Source: Eledone cirrhosa
Lineage: Eukaryota
DNA: 64,000 nt
Reading direction: 5' to 3'
Assembly (NCBI GenBank): GCA_964016885.1
Contig: OZ024740.1
Location: forward strand, 407,588,001-407,652,000
This document shows, one piece after another, positions 49,101 through 58,734 of this stretch. The first letter of the stretch is position 1. Each line of letters opens with the position of its first letter. The notes beneath the pieces are model-generated. The model saw only the letters and a program-made list of their open reading frames with translations. It was not told where the DNA came from and ran no database searches. The translations under genes were made by a program, and so were the position numbers.

Positions 49101-52100
49101 GTGCAGAAAGAGTGTTGGAGTGAACTTTATTAAATGTCCGATATGAACTGGATTGGTAAATTGAAAATGTAGTGGTGCAAAGGGATTATTAAATAATGTG
49201 GCAGCTACATTTAAATATATATGGAAGGAACTATAGAAGGAGAGGCTCTTGGGGGATGGTGCGAAAACATTTTATTAGTTTGATGGTATGTTGAATAGAG
49301 AAGTTGGCTCAGAATTAGTGACAGTACCAAGAGTGAGATGTCTCTGGAATGCTTTCTATTAAGGAGGGGGTTAATGAAACTGAAATGAAAGGTGTATGCC
49401 GCATATATGAGAAGTGATGTATTTTATAGTAGTGAGACATGGGTGATGAATGCAGAAAAGGCTGAAAATAATGGAAATGAGAATGGTTCAATAGATGAAT
49501 GAAGTATTACTGCAATGAAGTGCAGAGGATGATGGGAACAGAGCCAGTGATGAATGGGAAAAGAAATTGAATGAAATGGTTGGGTCACATGTTAAAAGGA
49601 TGAAAGTGGTCACATGTTAAAAGGTAAGAGGAGTGATGGAAATAAATATAGAAAGAAAAAAAAGGAAAAATCAAGAAAAGCATGGCTAACGATGATTGAA
49701 GAAGAAATGAAAGCCACAGGGTTGGTGAGGGGATGCTAATAATTGGAAAAAAACGAGAAGCTTTTCATGTAGACCATAAGGCTAACTCCTACTTTTGCAT
49801 GGAAGGTGGTTGTTGTATTCTCATAACAATAACATATAGTTATAGTTCATAAGCTTCATATAGATATTTTTAATGCTGATTTTATACTGTTATAGGTTTG
49901 TAATGCACTCAGTGTGTCACACTGAGATAAAGAATAACTGCACTAAATCTACTTCTTTGTCCCCTTATTCCTGGGAGGGTCGTGGGCAAATTAAATCTGA
50001 CATTTGAAATTCAATATTTCATTTTGCTTCCAGCTAAATCTGCTAAATTGCATACTTTTAAGATAAACAAATTGAATTTTTTTAATGTTTATTAAATTAT
50101 TTTAATAAACTTATTGGTTTTTTACTACATAACTCTATTTTATTAATAGTTTCATGAAACAAAGTTTATCTTAATCCCAAATAGCTTATTAGGTGATGTT
50201 TACCAATTGTAAACAGCACTTTATCTAATTTCTATTCAATTAGCACTTGATATTTCCAATGAACACTGCCTAAGGACAACGATGAATTTGACAGTATTTA
50301 TGAGCCACTCATTCAGGATAAATTCCCAATTGTCCAGCATATGACATTAAAAGGCACCTTAACAACAAAATCGTATAACTTAATGAAAGCAAATATTTAA
50401 CAAAAGTGTTTGTTCTTGTTTCATTAATAGTAATAATTGTTTCTACTTTAGGCACAAGGCCAGCAATTACCCAGTACATTACTGGTACTTTATTTTATCG
50501 ACCCCGTAAGGATGAAAGGCAAAGTAAACCTCGGCGGGATTTGAACTCAGACTGTAAAGGGACGTAACTATGCTAGAAAGCATGGCGTCCAACCCTCTAC
50601 CGATACTGCCAATTCACAGTAATAATAATGTAATATAAGTGAACGGCAAAGCATAAACGAACTAAGGGAGAAATTAGGAATAAGAGGGATCAGATGTTGT
50701 TTATTCGAGAGAAGACTACATTGGTACGGTCACGCAATGCGCATGAAAGACGACAGCTGTATAAAAAAAGTGGAGGGCAATAAAAATAGATGGTAGCCAC
50801 GGAGTAGGCAGACCCAGAAAAACCTAGGACGACTTGCTAAATTCCAACCTCACACACTTACACCTCTCCAAGACAATGTCACTGGACCGAGATCTTTGGC
50901 GATACACAGTAATACAGAAGACCCGCCTTGCCTAAGTACAAAGCGAAACCTACAGTCAGTAGGCACCTCTAACAAAAATACACCCCGGCCCCACTACCCC
51001 CACCCCTTCCAATGTAAAGTTATGTTGGTACCACAACATCCAGTCCGAAACAAATGAGGGCGTGTAGGTGTCACGACAAAAAAACACACAATCCACGCTG
51101 TAATGTGGCTGTGTAGGTAACACGGTAAAAACCTCCCAGTCCTCACTGTAAACGTGGTAGGTATTAGGAAGGGCATCCAGCCATAGAAAACCCGCCAGAC
51201 AGTCCTATACGAGCAGGACAACCAATCTTGCCTCAAGTGGGAAAATTCCCGTCCAAACCCATGCTAGCGTGGAAGATGGACGTTAAACGATGATGATGAT
51301 GATGATTATGATGAATGGTTTCTAAATTAGGCACAGGGAAAGTCGATTAAATCGACCCCAGTGCATTACTGGTGCTTTATTTTACCGAACCCCTAAGGAT
51401 GAAAGGCAAAGCTAACCTCGGTGGGATTTGAACTCAGATCGTAAATAATAATAATAATTGCAGAAACTAACCAAATACCTGGAAACCATATAACCTGCTT
51501 TCAGAAGAAGAGAAAGGATGCTGCAAAGGCTCATATGACTGTAAAGAGCAGCTGTTAATTAATAAAGCTATAACCAAAAACTGCAGAAAAAAAACAAAAA
51601 AAAACCCTCAGCAGGGAATGGATCGACCACCAAATGGTGCTTGATAGTGTTCCCCATACATGGATATTAAATACACTAGCATGAATAAAGTAGCACCAAC
51701 AATAAAAACATTTATCAAGCATGCTATGAGTAAGTGGCGAATAGTCCTGCAGATACAAACAAAGGGTAGAACTATAAAAACTGAGCTCATCCCAATCAAC
51801 AGAGGGATATTTCAAGGGGATTTCCTATCACCACTGCTTTTTTGCTTAGCACTAACACCATTATCTGAGACACTAAACAGTACTGGACTAGGGTATAAAA
51901 GATGCAACATGAAAATTAACCATCTATATATGGATAGATAGATTTATAGTGATTTATACAACTACATGTTGTAAAACTATATGTAGTAAAAAACCAATAA
52001 GTTTATTAAAATAATATAGTGATTCATACTACTACATCATAGTCCTGCAGGCAATAATGGAGGAGTTTAAGACCGGATGCCCATGGGAACTCCTGTATGC

Positions 52101-55100
52101 AGATGACCTCACACTTATAGCTGAATCTGTGGTAGAACTAGAGAAGAAATTCCAAACTTGGAAGCAGAGACTAGAAAGAAAGGGTCTCAAAGTCAACATG
52201 ACAAAGACTAAGGTCCTTGTAAGTAGACGAGAAAACAGAACCCAGATCTCCTCAGGGAAATGGCCTTGCTCAGTATGTAGGAAAGGTGTAGGTAGGAACT
52301 CCATTCTCTGCCCCAAATGCAAACAATGGGTACACAAGAGATGTAGCGGGATCTCAGGAAGCTTAATTAAGAATGTAGGCTTCACATGCAGCAGCTGTAC
52401 TGAGACAGCAAGCAGCAAACAGCCACAGGAAACGAGTACCACCAATCTCTGGGAGGGCTCTGTAGAGACAGTAGACAGCTTCTGTTACCTAGGTGTTCAG
52501 AAAGTACAATAACTAGGGTAAGAACAGGATGGAAGAAGTTCAGGGAACTACTGCCACTGCTAGCTGCAAAAGGCTTCTCCCTCAGAATGAAAGGCAGACT
52601 GTATGATGTGTGTATCCGAACAGCAATGTTGCATGGTAGTGAGACCTGGGCGCTGAAGGTGGAAGACTTACATAGATTAGAGAGAAACGAAGCCTGCATG
52701 CTCCGATGGATGTGTAATAGTAATATACGCGAACGACAAAGCATAAATGAATTGAGAGAGAGACTGAGCATAAGAGGAATCAAATGCTGTGTGCAGGAGA
52801 GGCGGTTGCGTTGGTATGAACATGTGATGTGTATGAAGGATGACAGCTGCAGAAAAAGGTGCAGAGCACTAGAAGTCGATGGAAACCGCGGAGTGGGGAG
52901 ACCCAAGATGACCTGGGATGAGGTGATAAAAGCCGACCTTACCCAATTACACCTCTCAAAGACGATGACACACGACCGTGACCTCTGGCGTCACGCAGTA
53001 ATACAGAGTACCCGACCTCCCATGGGTACAAGCTGAAGCATATAGACAATATGCCCCCACACCCTCCCACTGCAAGGTGGTCATGGAGGTGCCATGGAAA
53101 AAAAGCACCCAGCCCACACTGTAAAATGGACATGTAGGCGCCACGGAAAAAGCACCCAGCAATCACTGTAAATGAGGTTGGTGTTAGGAAGGGCATCCAG
53201 CTGTAGAAATCAAGCCAAATCAGTTCCTGTATGAGCAAGGCATGGTCAGCCGACCAGACACTGCCCACAACAGGACAACCCGTCTAACCCATGCTAACGT
53301 GGAAGAACGGACGTAAAACGGTGATGAATGTTGATGATGATGATTAAGCACTGCATGATCAGTATGTTCAGTAGGGGATGGTGATCATTTATTTAATATT
53401 TTATGCTATATTGCTACTTGAGTAGAACTGCCTGATAATAAACCCCAACAATAACAATAAAAGTAATATTTTTAATAGCATTTAAGTAGAAGACTTCCAT
53501 TTATCATTTATCTCATTATTATGAAACATAATATATCATTACAATAATGAATATTCTTTAAATCTTGATGTATTAACTTAGTTATTTAATAACATTTGAA
53601 TGAAACCAATCCCTACACATATTTATCCTAGATATGCTCCTCTTATTGGATCCAGATAAATAAAATGCTCACATACACAACACATTGACTGCAATATCAT
53701 ATGGATCAAATTATATGCTGAACTACATCATATCTGGTATATCCTGGGTAATTAAGGTAGTTACTTCTTGAGTTCACTATTTCTGCTACAATCCCAATTA
53801 GACCCTTCAATCACACACTGGCTAGAAATACATATCCCTGGATAGACATACAGAAATTCATACAAATAACCACTCTATGATCAGTATGTTCAGTGTGGCA
53901 GATATCTATTTAATCATTAAGCCATATGGCTACTTAAGTAGACCTGCTTTTGGCACAAGGCCAGCAATTACCTAGTGCATTACCGGTACTTTATTTTATC
54001 AACCCCGTAAGGATGAAAGGCAAAGTTAACTTCGGCGGGATTTGAACTCAGAATGGCAAGGGACGTAACTCTATGCATCAAAGCATGGCGTCCGACCCTC
54101 TACTGATACTGCCAATTCACCGAATAATAATAAAATCTAACAATAACAATAAAAACAATTTTTTAAAATAGATTTTATGTAGAGGACTTCCATTGATCAT
54201 TTTTCTTACTCTTATAAATCACAATATATCATTATAATAACGTATATTTTTTAATTCTTGATTAATTAACTTAATTCTTTAATTCCTTGAAATTATTGCA
54301 TTCTCAAGTAGTGGTTGTAAGTTATTAACAATAGGGAAGTCACTTGGAGAATAACAATTAAAAGAAAGAAAATGAAAGAAAAAAAAACAAAGCAATTACT
54401 TGAATTACATATTTTATATGATAAAGAAAAAAAGTATTAAAAGCAAAAGTTATTTCGCAGTTTACTGACAGATTGCAATATGTCTTTCAGGAATGTTTTC
54501 AAGACATTGCATTAAATTGTATTGTGTAGTTTATTATAGGCAAACAATTTAAACATCATAATTATTTTCTCTTGTCTCTTAACAAATGCACGACTTATTC
54601 TCTACAATGTTATATAATTATACAATGGATAAGTTGAAATACTTAGCTGAATTCATTTTGCTTTTAACAGAATTAAATTTGTCCATGCTAATGTCTTACC
54701 AAGAAACTAAACTCACCTAACCATTACATCAGTTTTTGTCAAGGAAAGACCAATAGATATTTGATTTTTGATCTGCTTTGGAATATGAATGCAAAGCTGA
54801 ATATAAAAGGCATCAACAAGTGATAAGATGCCACAAACTGACAGAATAAAGGGCACCTGCAGAATGAATAGATCAAACAAGTCTGTGCCCCAGATGAGAT
54901 GCCACAAATTATTATTGATCAACTTCAGATACTTTTTGTTTCATATGAAACTGCATATTACATATTGAACTATCACCACATTGGAAAAGGTTGGTGCAGA
55001 ACAAATCAGTGGAAAACCTTTCCATGTGAAAGTAGGTGGTGATGCAAATCAGGTTGGGAACCCCTGTTCTAGATAAAACAAATCATTGTATTTTAGTAGT

Positions 55101-58100
55101 TTATTTTGGTATGATTACACATGCAGACACATACACACATATGGCTTGTCCATTATCTTGAAGAGCAGCACTTTAGCGATTGTTTCTCCTTGTTTAATAT
55201 TTAATATTGATGATAAAGTCTCTCCATGGAATCTTAAGGATAGCGCTAATGGAAATATTTGGAGAGACATATATGGCAGCAGTAAGTTCCTCATGATTAA
55301 GGACCATGGATCAACAGATTTTTATCTGCTAGATTTATTAGCAATCACTATGGTTTTGTTTGTACAGTTTACTAAAGGAGTTTATTTTTGCCATTATCTT
55401 TTTTTTTTTATCTTGCTGTCAAATGAATGTATGCATCCTGGGTGACAAACAGTTTTAATATGTACTTTAACAAAGAAGTTGATGGATTATTTTTTCAAAA
55501 ATATTACTGAAACAATATATTATTTGCTGCACGACTGAATCCATAAATGTAAAAATGACAGCAGCACCAAAAACAAATGATAAAGGGATACATCAAGTGC
55601 TAGTCAGATAGGTGAATGAAGCATATAGTTTCTTGTACTAAATATTTACTGAAACAAAATATTTGCAGCATGACTGAGTCCATTAGTGTGAAAATAGCAG
55701 CAGCATCACTAACTGATGCAGAGTTTGGGTGGGGAGACTAAGTTCTGTTTTAACCCTTTAGTATTTAAACTGGCTGTATCTGGCCATAATTCTCTCACCT
55801 CTTTCTGCTCAAACTGGCTGTAACCAATTGCTTATAATGATGTTAAGGTATTGTTCTCAAAATAGATAATATCAAAATCTCATACATTCGATATTATGTG
55901 AGATAGTTATGTGAGATAAAATGTTTACTGTGAAAATACAATATTAAATATGAAGAAAGGTAAATGCTAAAGGCTTAATATAATAATAATTGTTTCTACT
56001 TTAGGCACAAGGCCAGCAATTCACCAGTGCATTACTGGTACTTTATTTTATCGACCTCGTAATGATGAAAGGCAAAGTCAATAATAATAATGATAATAAA
56101 AATTATTGTGTACAGTGTTCAGGTGCACTACAATTCATCAAAGGTGCATGTATAGTACATAGAATAATGTACAAATGTGATGAAAATGAACAGTATGAGT
56201 CATGATGCACACAGACACATGTGTGCGTGTGTATGTGGGGGTAGATATCAGGTGTAGCATTGGTGAATTTAAGGAAGCTTGGAAGTTTTGAAGGATGCAG
56301 TGTCCCAACAGCTAACAACTGATGCAGGTAGTTTGTTCTTTACTTCAGCAACTCAGCATGAAAAAAAAAATGTTTTCGAAAGTCATGGGAGCTGTGCTGT
56401 TTTCTGATTTTGTAAGCATGTGCATGGGTGTCACACACATGGAATTCAAAAAGATGCTCAGGGTTGTTGTTGGAAAGATGGTTATAATTTTGTGGGTGTC
56501 TACCAAGTCAGAGCTTTAATATATCCATGCCCAGGGAAGCAAGGTGTTCAGAGTATGGTAGATGCCTGATGGAGGGTATTCGTTTTATAGGCAAAGGAAG
56601 CACAAGTTCCTTGAAGTACACTCAACATTTTTCTGGGCTCTGAATAGCCCTGTAGTTCTTCTAAATTCCAAGGAGGCATTCTGTTAAGTAGCTAATATGA
56701 ATTCTCATCAAGTTTTAAAACTAACTCTACCAGTATGATCTCATGTGTGTTTGAAGAAGCCTAAACAACTTTCATAGAAATAATAAATATGGTTATACAG
56801 GTATTATAGAATAAAGTTCTATTGACTAAATATATACATTCTGGGTACTTGCTTTATAAACAGTCAAACATTTCTAAGAACTGCCTACAAATTATTGTAA
56901 ATATCAGACATAATTTGGCTATGATTGGAACTAAAATCAATACATAATGTTTCAAGCAAATAGATAAACTAAATACCTTTAACATTAATTAAATTTTATA
57001 ACAGCTCTATACCATATTAAATATGTGTATTAATAACATATTTGCCATTGATAAAAAACATGATATATTTAGCCCTCTAAAGGTCGATTACCAGAATTTA
57101 TAATCACATAGTATAAAGTATATTTTTGTACAGAAAACCAAAAAAGCATTGAACTACAAACTTATGCCTTCTCTTTAATTATTTCTTCAGCTTTTATGAC
57201 TCATAATTTTGGAAACGTTTGTATCTAGTATAACTGCACTTACATTGAATTTTAAACCAAACATGGGTTAGCAAATACATTTTAATTAAAAATAACAAAA
57301 ATGCTCTCCCCTTTTAATCATTAGACTAATTCTCTTTAAGAAAACCAATTTTTGATTTATCCAGTATATTGTGAGGTGTTGCTGCTAATTCTCCATTGAA
57401 AAAACATACCAGTTCAACTAGTCTAAATATAATCAGAGAAATTTGAATGAAAGTTCTCTCAACCATAGATGGCATTTCTTTCACAAATCAATGGAATATT
57501 CTTCAAACATTTTTTTCTATATTTATGCAATGTCAGTAGGGCTATTAAAAGAGCAGATTATTTTTAAAAACTAGCACTTCATTATATACAATGAAATAAA
57601 ATAGCTACTGTATACATAAAATGGTGTATGTAAGTAGAAAACTAAAGAAAAGAAATTGAATACATAATTTAAAGATAAAAAAATAATATTAAAAAATGAA
57701 ATAGGAAAAGTTATTTTAATACAATATAAAGAAAAAATATCTTTAATATGTTTAATAGAAGTTTAAAACAAAACTTACAGTGATGAGAAATGGTACTGTA
57801 TTTATTAATTCTAAGATGAATTCCACTGATAGAATTTGTTGTAAGATATTGCCCTTAAAAGAATAATAAAAAAGAGAAAAATTAATAATATTCTGCATAT
57901 AAATAACAACAACAACAACAACATATATTCATGTTCTGAAATAGCACCTTTTATTTTTACTTTATTTTCAATATCAAGTATCATTCATGCTTTAATTTCA
58001 AAACGATATCAATTAAATTCTTAATGATTATTAGTTTCAATTCTATTTGAATCAAGGAAATACTAATATGATCATAAATAGAGAATATTAACTAAAACAT

Positions 58101-58734
58101 TGTCGAAAACACTAACATAATTATCTAGTGATTTATTCAGAAGATAGAGAAAATATAGTACCTACCTTGTAACTTAAATATTGTACTAGGACTGTTTCTG
58201 TCAGACTAATTGTTGCAACTGTTAATTGACAAATCCATAAGCCTTGTGATCGATTGACCCAGAATATATCTTCCCTAAAATTATGGAAAGAGAAACCAAA
58301 TGTTTTTTATTTTACACAAAATAAAATAAAAAGCATGTCCAAATTCATTTAGGTTATCTATAGACTATTATCAAATATATTTATAATAAAAAGAAATCAA
58401 TATTCAACTAATTTTTAACAAAGTTTTCTCTTAATTGTTGTCATCTATCATCACCATTGATATAGTTCTGTTTGTTTAAATTCCAATTCTGATCTTTAAC
58501 TATACCTGAGTTTCTCATCATTAACCAAATTTCTTTTTCCCTTGCTGTTGAAATAAGATATAATATAAGAACATAAAGGGAGATGAGAAATGAAATCTTT
58601 GTGGTTAAAATAATTCAAGTGTATCAATAAAGATCTGTGATATTATAATTTTACAAAGGACTCAATGAAGAAAAATCTGAACTTACCATTTTATACTAGT
58701 GGATTCATTTGAATCAGTTTCTTTTCGACAAATA
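17097..58734 (-). CDS. Slo2: Slo2/KCNT (Slack-like) sodium-activated potassium channel, multi-exon and partial (22 traced exons, about 919 codons; N- and C-termini not found in window)
   Basis: 22 exons with GT-AG boundaries and consistent phases join into one ORF with Slo2 hallmarks: [80 protein letters not shown]. Confidence 0.97.
17769..17892 (+). repeat. (GAA)n microsatellite, about 120 bp, following an RTE-type 3' UTR fragment
   Basis: Direct reading; source of the spurious poly-R/F/S ORFs. Confidence 0.95.
18034..18117 (-). CDS. Slo2: Slo2 exon ([28 protein letters not shown])
   Basis: 84 nt, CAG/GTAAGT. Confidence 0.96.
18275..18565 (-). mobile_element. CORE-type tRNA SINE with an alternative tail
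   Basis: A box TGGCTTAGTGG, B box GAGTTCAATTC, CORE-like CCTTGAGCAAGACACTTTATTTCA. Confidence 0.82.
19883..19984 (-). CDS. Slo2: Slo2 exon ([34 protein letters not shown])
   Basis: 102 nt, AAG/GTGAAT. Confidence 0.95.
21541..21731 (+). mobile_element. Meta-type tRNA SINE
   Basis: TGGCAGTATCGG..GAGTTCAAATCC..GCCTTTCATCC..AGTAGAAACAATTATT. Confidence 0.87.
22255..22366 (-). CDS. Slo2: Slo2 exon ([37 protein letters not shown])
   Basis: 112 nt, CAG/GTAAGT. Confidence 0.96.
23327..23461 (-). CDS. Slo2: Slo2 exon ([21 protein letters not shown]...[10 protein letters not shown])
   Basis: 135 nt, TAG/GTAAGT. Confidence 0.96.
24084..24155 (-). CDS. Slo2: Slo2 exon ([24 protein letters not shown])
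   Basis: 72 nt, CAG/GTGAGC. Confidence 0.95.
24703..24896 (+). mobile_element. Meta-type tRNA SINE, full length
   Basis: Same family; TSD ATTATTTCAC. Confidence 0.87.
26418..26590 (-). CDS. Slo2: Slo2 exon, RCK2 (TCEHCSY...[12 protein letters not shown]...[10 protein letters not shown])
   Basis: 173 nt, TAG/GTAAGT. Confidence 0.96.
26938..27043 (-). CDS. Slo2: Slo2 exon ([35 protein letters not shown])
   Basis: 106 nt, CAG/GTAAAA. Confidence 0.96.
28949..29219 (-). CDS. Slo2: Slo2 exon, RCK1-RCK2 linker (GTVALELQ...KRPSIAPV...SIHLD)
   Basis: 271 nt, TAG/GTAAGT; conserved RPSIAPV motif. Confidence 0.94.
29954..30039 (+). repeat. (TG)n microsatellite, about 86 bp
   Basis: Direct reading; about 35 nt into the intron after the exon ending at 30075. 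Confidence 0.97.
30075..30316 (-). CDS. Slo2: Slo2 exon (YGVSLVGI...LNPGPRHIM...[10 protein letters not shown]...SMIASV)
   Basis: 242 nt, TAG/GTCAGT; lies inside ORF 30058..30369. Confidence 0.96.
30873..31022 (-). CDS. Slo2: Slo2 exon ([24 protein letters not shown]...[11 protein letters not shown])
   Basis: 150 nt, CAG/GTAAGT. Confidence 0.97.
31675..32070. mobile_element. Putative hAT-like non-autonomous DNA transposon
   Basis: Imperfect TIRs CAGTGATGTAGCTA / TAGCTACACTACTG with GC-rich subterminals; flanks share only GCATC. Confidence 0.55.
32254..32362 (-). CDS. Slo2: Slo2 exon ([36 protein letters not shown])
   Basis: 109 nt, CAG/GTAAGA. Confidence 0.97.
32596..32781 (-). mobile_element. 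Meta-type tRNA SINE
   Basis: Same family; TSD CCACAAATATATAAT. Confidence 0.87.
33409..33517 (-). CDS. Slo2: Slo2 exon ([36 protein letters not shown])
   Basis: 109 nt, TAG/GTATGT. Confidence 0.97.
33853..33916 (-). CDS. Slo2: Slo2 exon ([21 protein letters not shown])
   Basis: 64 nt, TAG/GTAAGT. Confidence 0.95.
34542..34750 (-). mobile_element. piggyBac-type MITE
   Basis: TTAA-CCCTTTAGCAT...ATGCTAAAGGG-TTAA; reverse copy of 16216-16436. Confidence 0.88.
34846..34930. repeat. 85-bp direct duplication of 35442-35526 (Slo2 splice acceptor plus 14 exon nt)
   Basis: Identical except for one mismatch. Confidence 0.95.
35319..35455 (-). CDS. Slo2: Slo2 exon, RCK1 ([13 protein letters not shown]...[18 protein letters not shown])
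   Basis: 137 nt, CAG/GTATGT. Confidence 0.96.
37026..37190 (-). CDS. Slo2: Slo2 exon, S6-RCK1 linker ([16 protein letters not shown]...[12 protein letters not shown])
   Basis: 165 nt, CAG/GTAAAA; lies inside ORF 36963..37250. Confidence 0.97.
37603..37786 (-). CDS. Slo2: Slo2 exon, pore and S6 ([11 protein letters not shown]...[20 protein letters not shown]...VLPRQ)
   Basis: 184 nt, TAG/GTAAGA; K+ selectivity filter TVGYGD. Confidence 0.97.
37980..38194 (+). mobile_element. piggyBac-type MITE
   Basis: TTAA TSDs, CCCTTTA termini, same internal sequence as 16216-16436. Confidence 0.88.
38399..38603 (+). mobile_element. CORE-type tRNA SINE, 3'-truncated
   Basis: Nearly identical to 45750-45948. 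Confidence 0.87.
39731..39825 (-). CDS. Slo2: Slo2 exon, S4-S5 linker and S5 ([32 protein letters not shown])
   Basis: 95 nt, TAG/GTTTGT. Confidence 0.95.
40148..43996 (+). mobile_element. Near full-length RTE-clade LINE (APE + RT + PHD finger); 5' boundary uncertain (39962-40148)
   Basis: APE motifs ([34 protein letters not shown]); RT motifs ([23 protein letters not shown]); 3' UTR and (TGA)n tail. Confidence 0.97.
40300..43493 (+). pseudogene. RTE ORF2 (endonuclease-reverse transcriptase) with one in-frame TAG (41209-41211) and a +2 frameshift (about 43364-43367)
   Basis: ORFs 40300..41211 and 41284..43395 share a frame; sister copies read GTAGGCAGACCC or equivalent (VGRPRKT) where this copy has GTAGGCGCAGACCC. 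Confidence 0.9.
44580..44780 (-). mobile_element. Meta-type tRNA SINE, diverged
   Basis: GGCACAAGGCCAGCAATT..GGATGAAAGGCAAAG..GGATTTGAACT. Confidence 0.8.
45383..45670 (+). mobile_element. CORE-type tRNA SINE, older subfamily
   Basis: TGGCTTAGTGGTTAGGG head, GAGCAAGACACTTTATTTCAC core, different tail. Confidence 0.75.
45750..46144 (+). mobile_element. Full-length CORE-type tRNA SINE with an RTE-derived tail
   Basis: A and B boxes, CORE-like domain; 45921-46070 matches the RTE 3' UTR at about 53068-53216; (TGA)n end. Confidence 0.9.
46178..46332 (-). mobile_element. RTE 3' end fragment
   Basis: Reverse complement of about 43797-43970. Confidence 0.85.
46485..46990. mobile_element. CRE-clade (RLE) non-LTR retrotransposon 3' fragment with an inverted 5' part
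   Basis: Plus: [38 protein letters not shown] (RLE). Minus 46485-46650: [34 protein letters not shown] (zinc knuckle and RH motif region). Confidence 0.75.
47894..47977 (-). CDS. Slo2: Slo2 exon, S4 ([28 protein letters not shown])
   Basis: 84 nt, CAG/GTATGT. Confidence 0.95.
48430..49812 (+). mobile_element. Highly degenerate RTE LINE
   Basis: GAAATGCAGTTTGGATTT, GATCTGGAGAAAGCTTTCAATAGGGTACCA, CAGGGATAAGTGCTAAGCCCACTACTATTT; many stops. Confidence 0.8.
50433..50618 (-). mobile_element. Meta-type tRNA SINE
   Basis: Young copy; TSD AGTAATAAT. Confidence 0.87.
50630..51312 (+). mobile_element. 5'-truncated RTE, same family as the 40-kb element
   Basis: Colinear with about 43186-43996 but lacks the 112-bp duplication. 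Confidence 0.94.
51459..51935 (+). mobile_element. R4/Dong-like non-LTR RT fragment
   Basis: [59 protein letters not shown]. Confidence 0.8.
52035..53344 (+). mobile_element. 5'-truncated RTE LINE, second family, with an internal deletion/frameshift near 52495
   Basis: ORFs 52057..52512 and 52587..53036 (YADD, PHD, thumb); 3' UTR; (TGA)n. Confidence 0.95.
53947..54122 (-). mobile_element. Meta-type tRNA SINE inserted in an older duplication
   Basis: Same family consensus. Confidence 0.87.
55754..55974 (+). mobile_element. piggyBac-type MITE
   Basis: TTAA-CCCTTTAGTATTTA...TAAATGCTAAAGGC-TTAA. Confidence 0.87.
56085..56605 (-). mobile_element. CR1-like LINE 3' end
   Basis: Minus strand: [56 protein letters not shown]; (ATT)n tail. 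Confidence 0.75.
57779..57853 (-). CDS. Slo2: Slo2 exon, S3 ([25 protein letters not shown])
   Basis: 75 nt, AAG/GTAAGT, phase 0-0. Confidence 0.93.
58166..58274 (-). CDS. Slo2: Slo2 exon, S2 ([36 protein letters not shown])
   Basis: 109 nt, TAG/GTAGGT; resembles KCNT WVER..LW.IQ...YLSYK. Confidence 0.93.
58687..58734 (-). CDS. Slo2: Slo2 exon, S1-S2 loop ([16 protein letters not shown])
   Basis: 48 nt, CAG acceptor, GTAAGT donor; terminal TG joins G of the next exon to give W. Confidence 0.8.
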
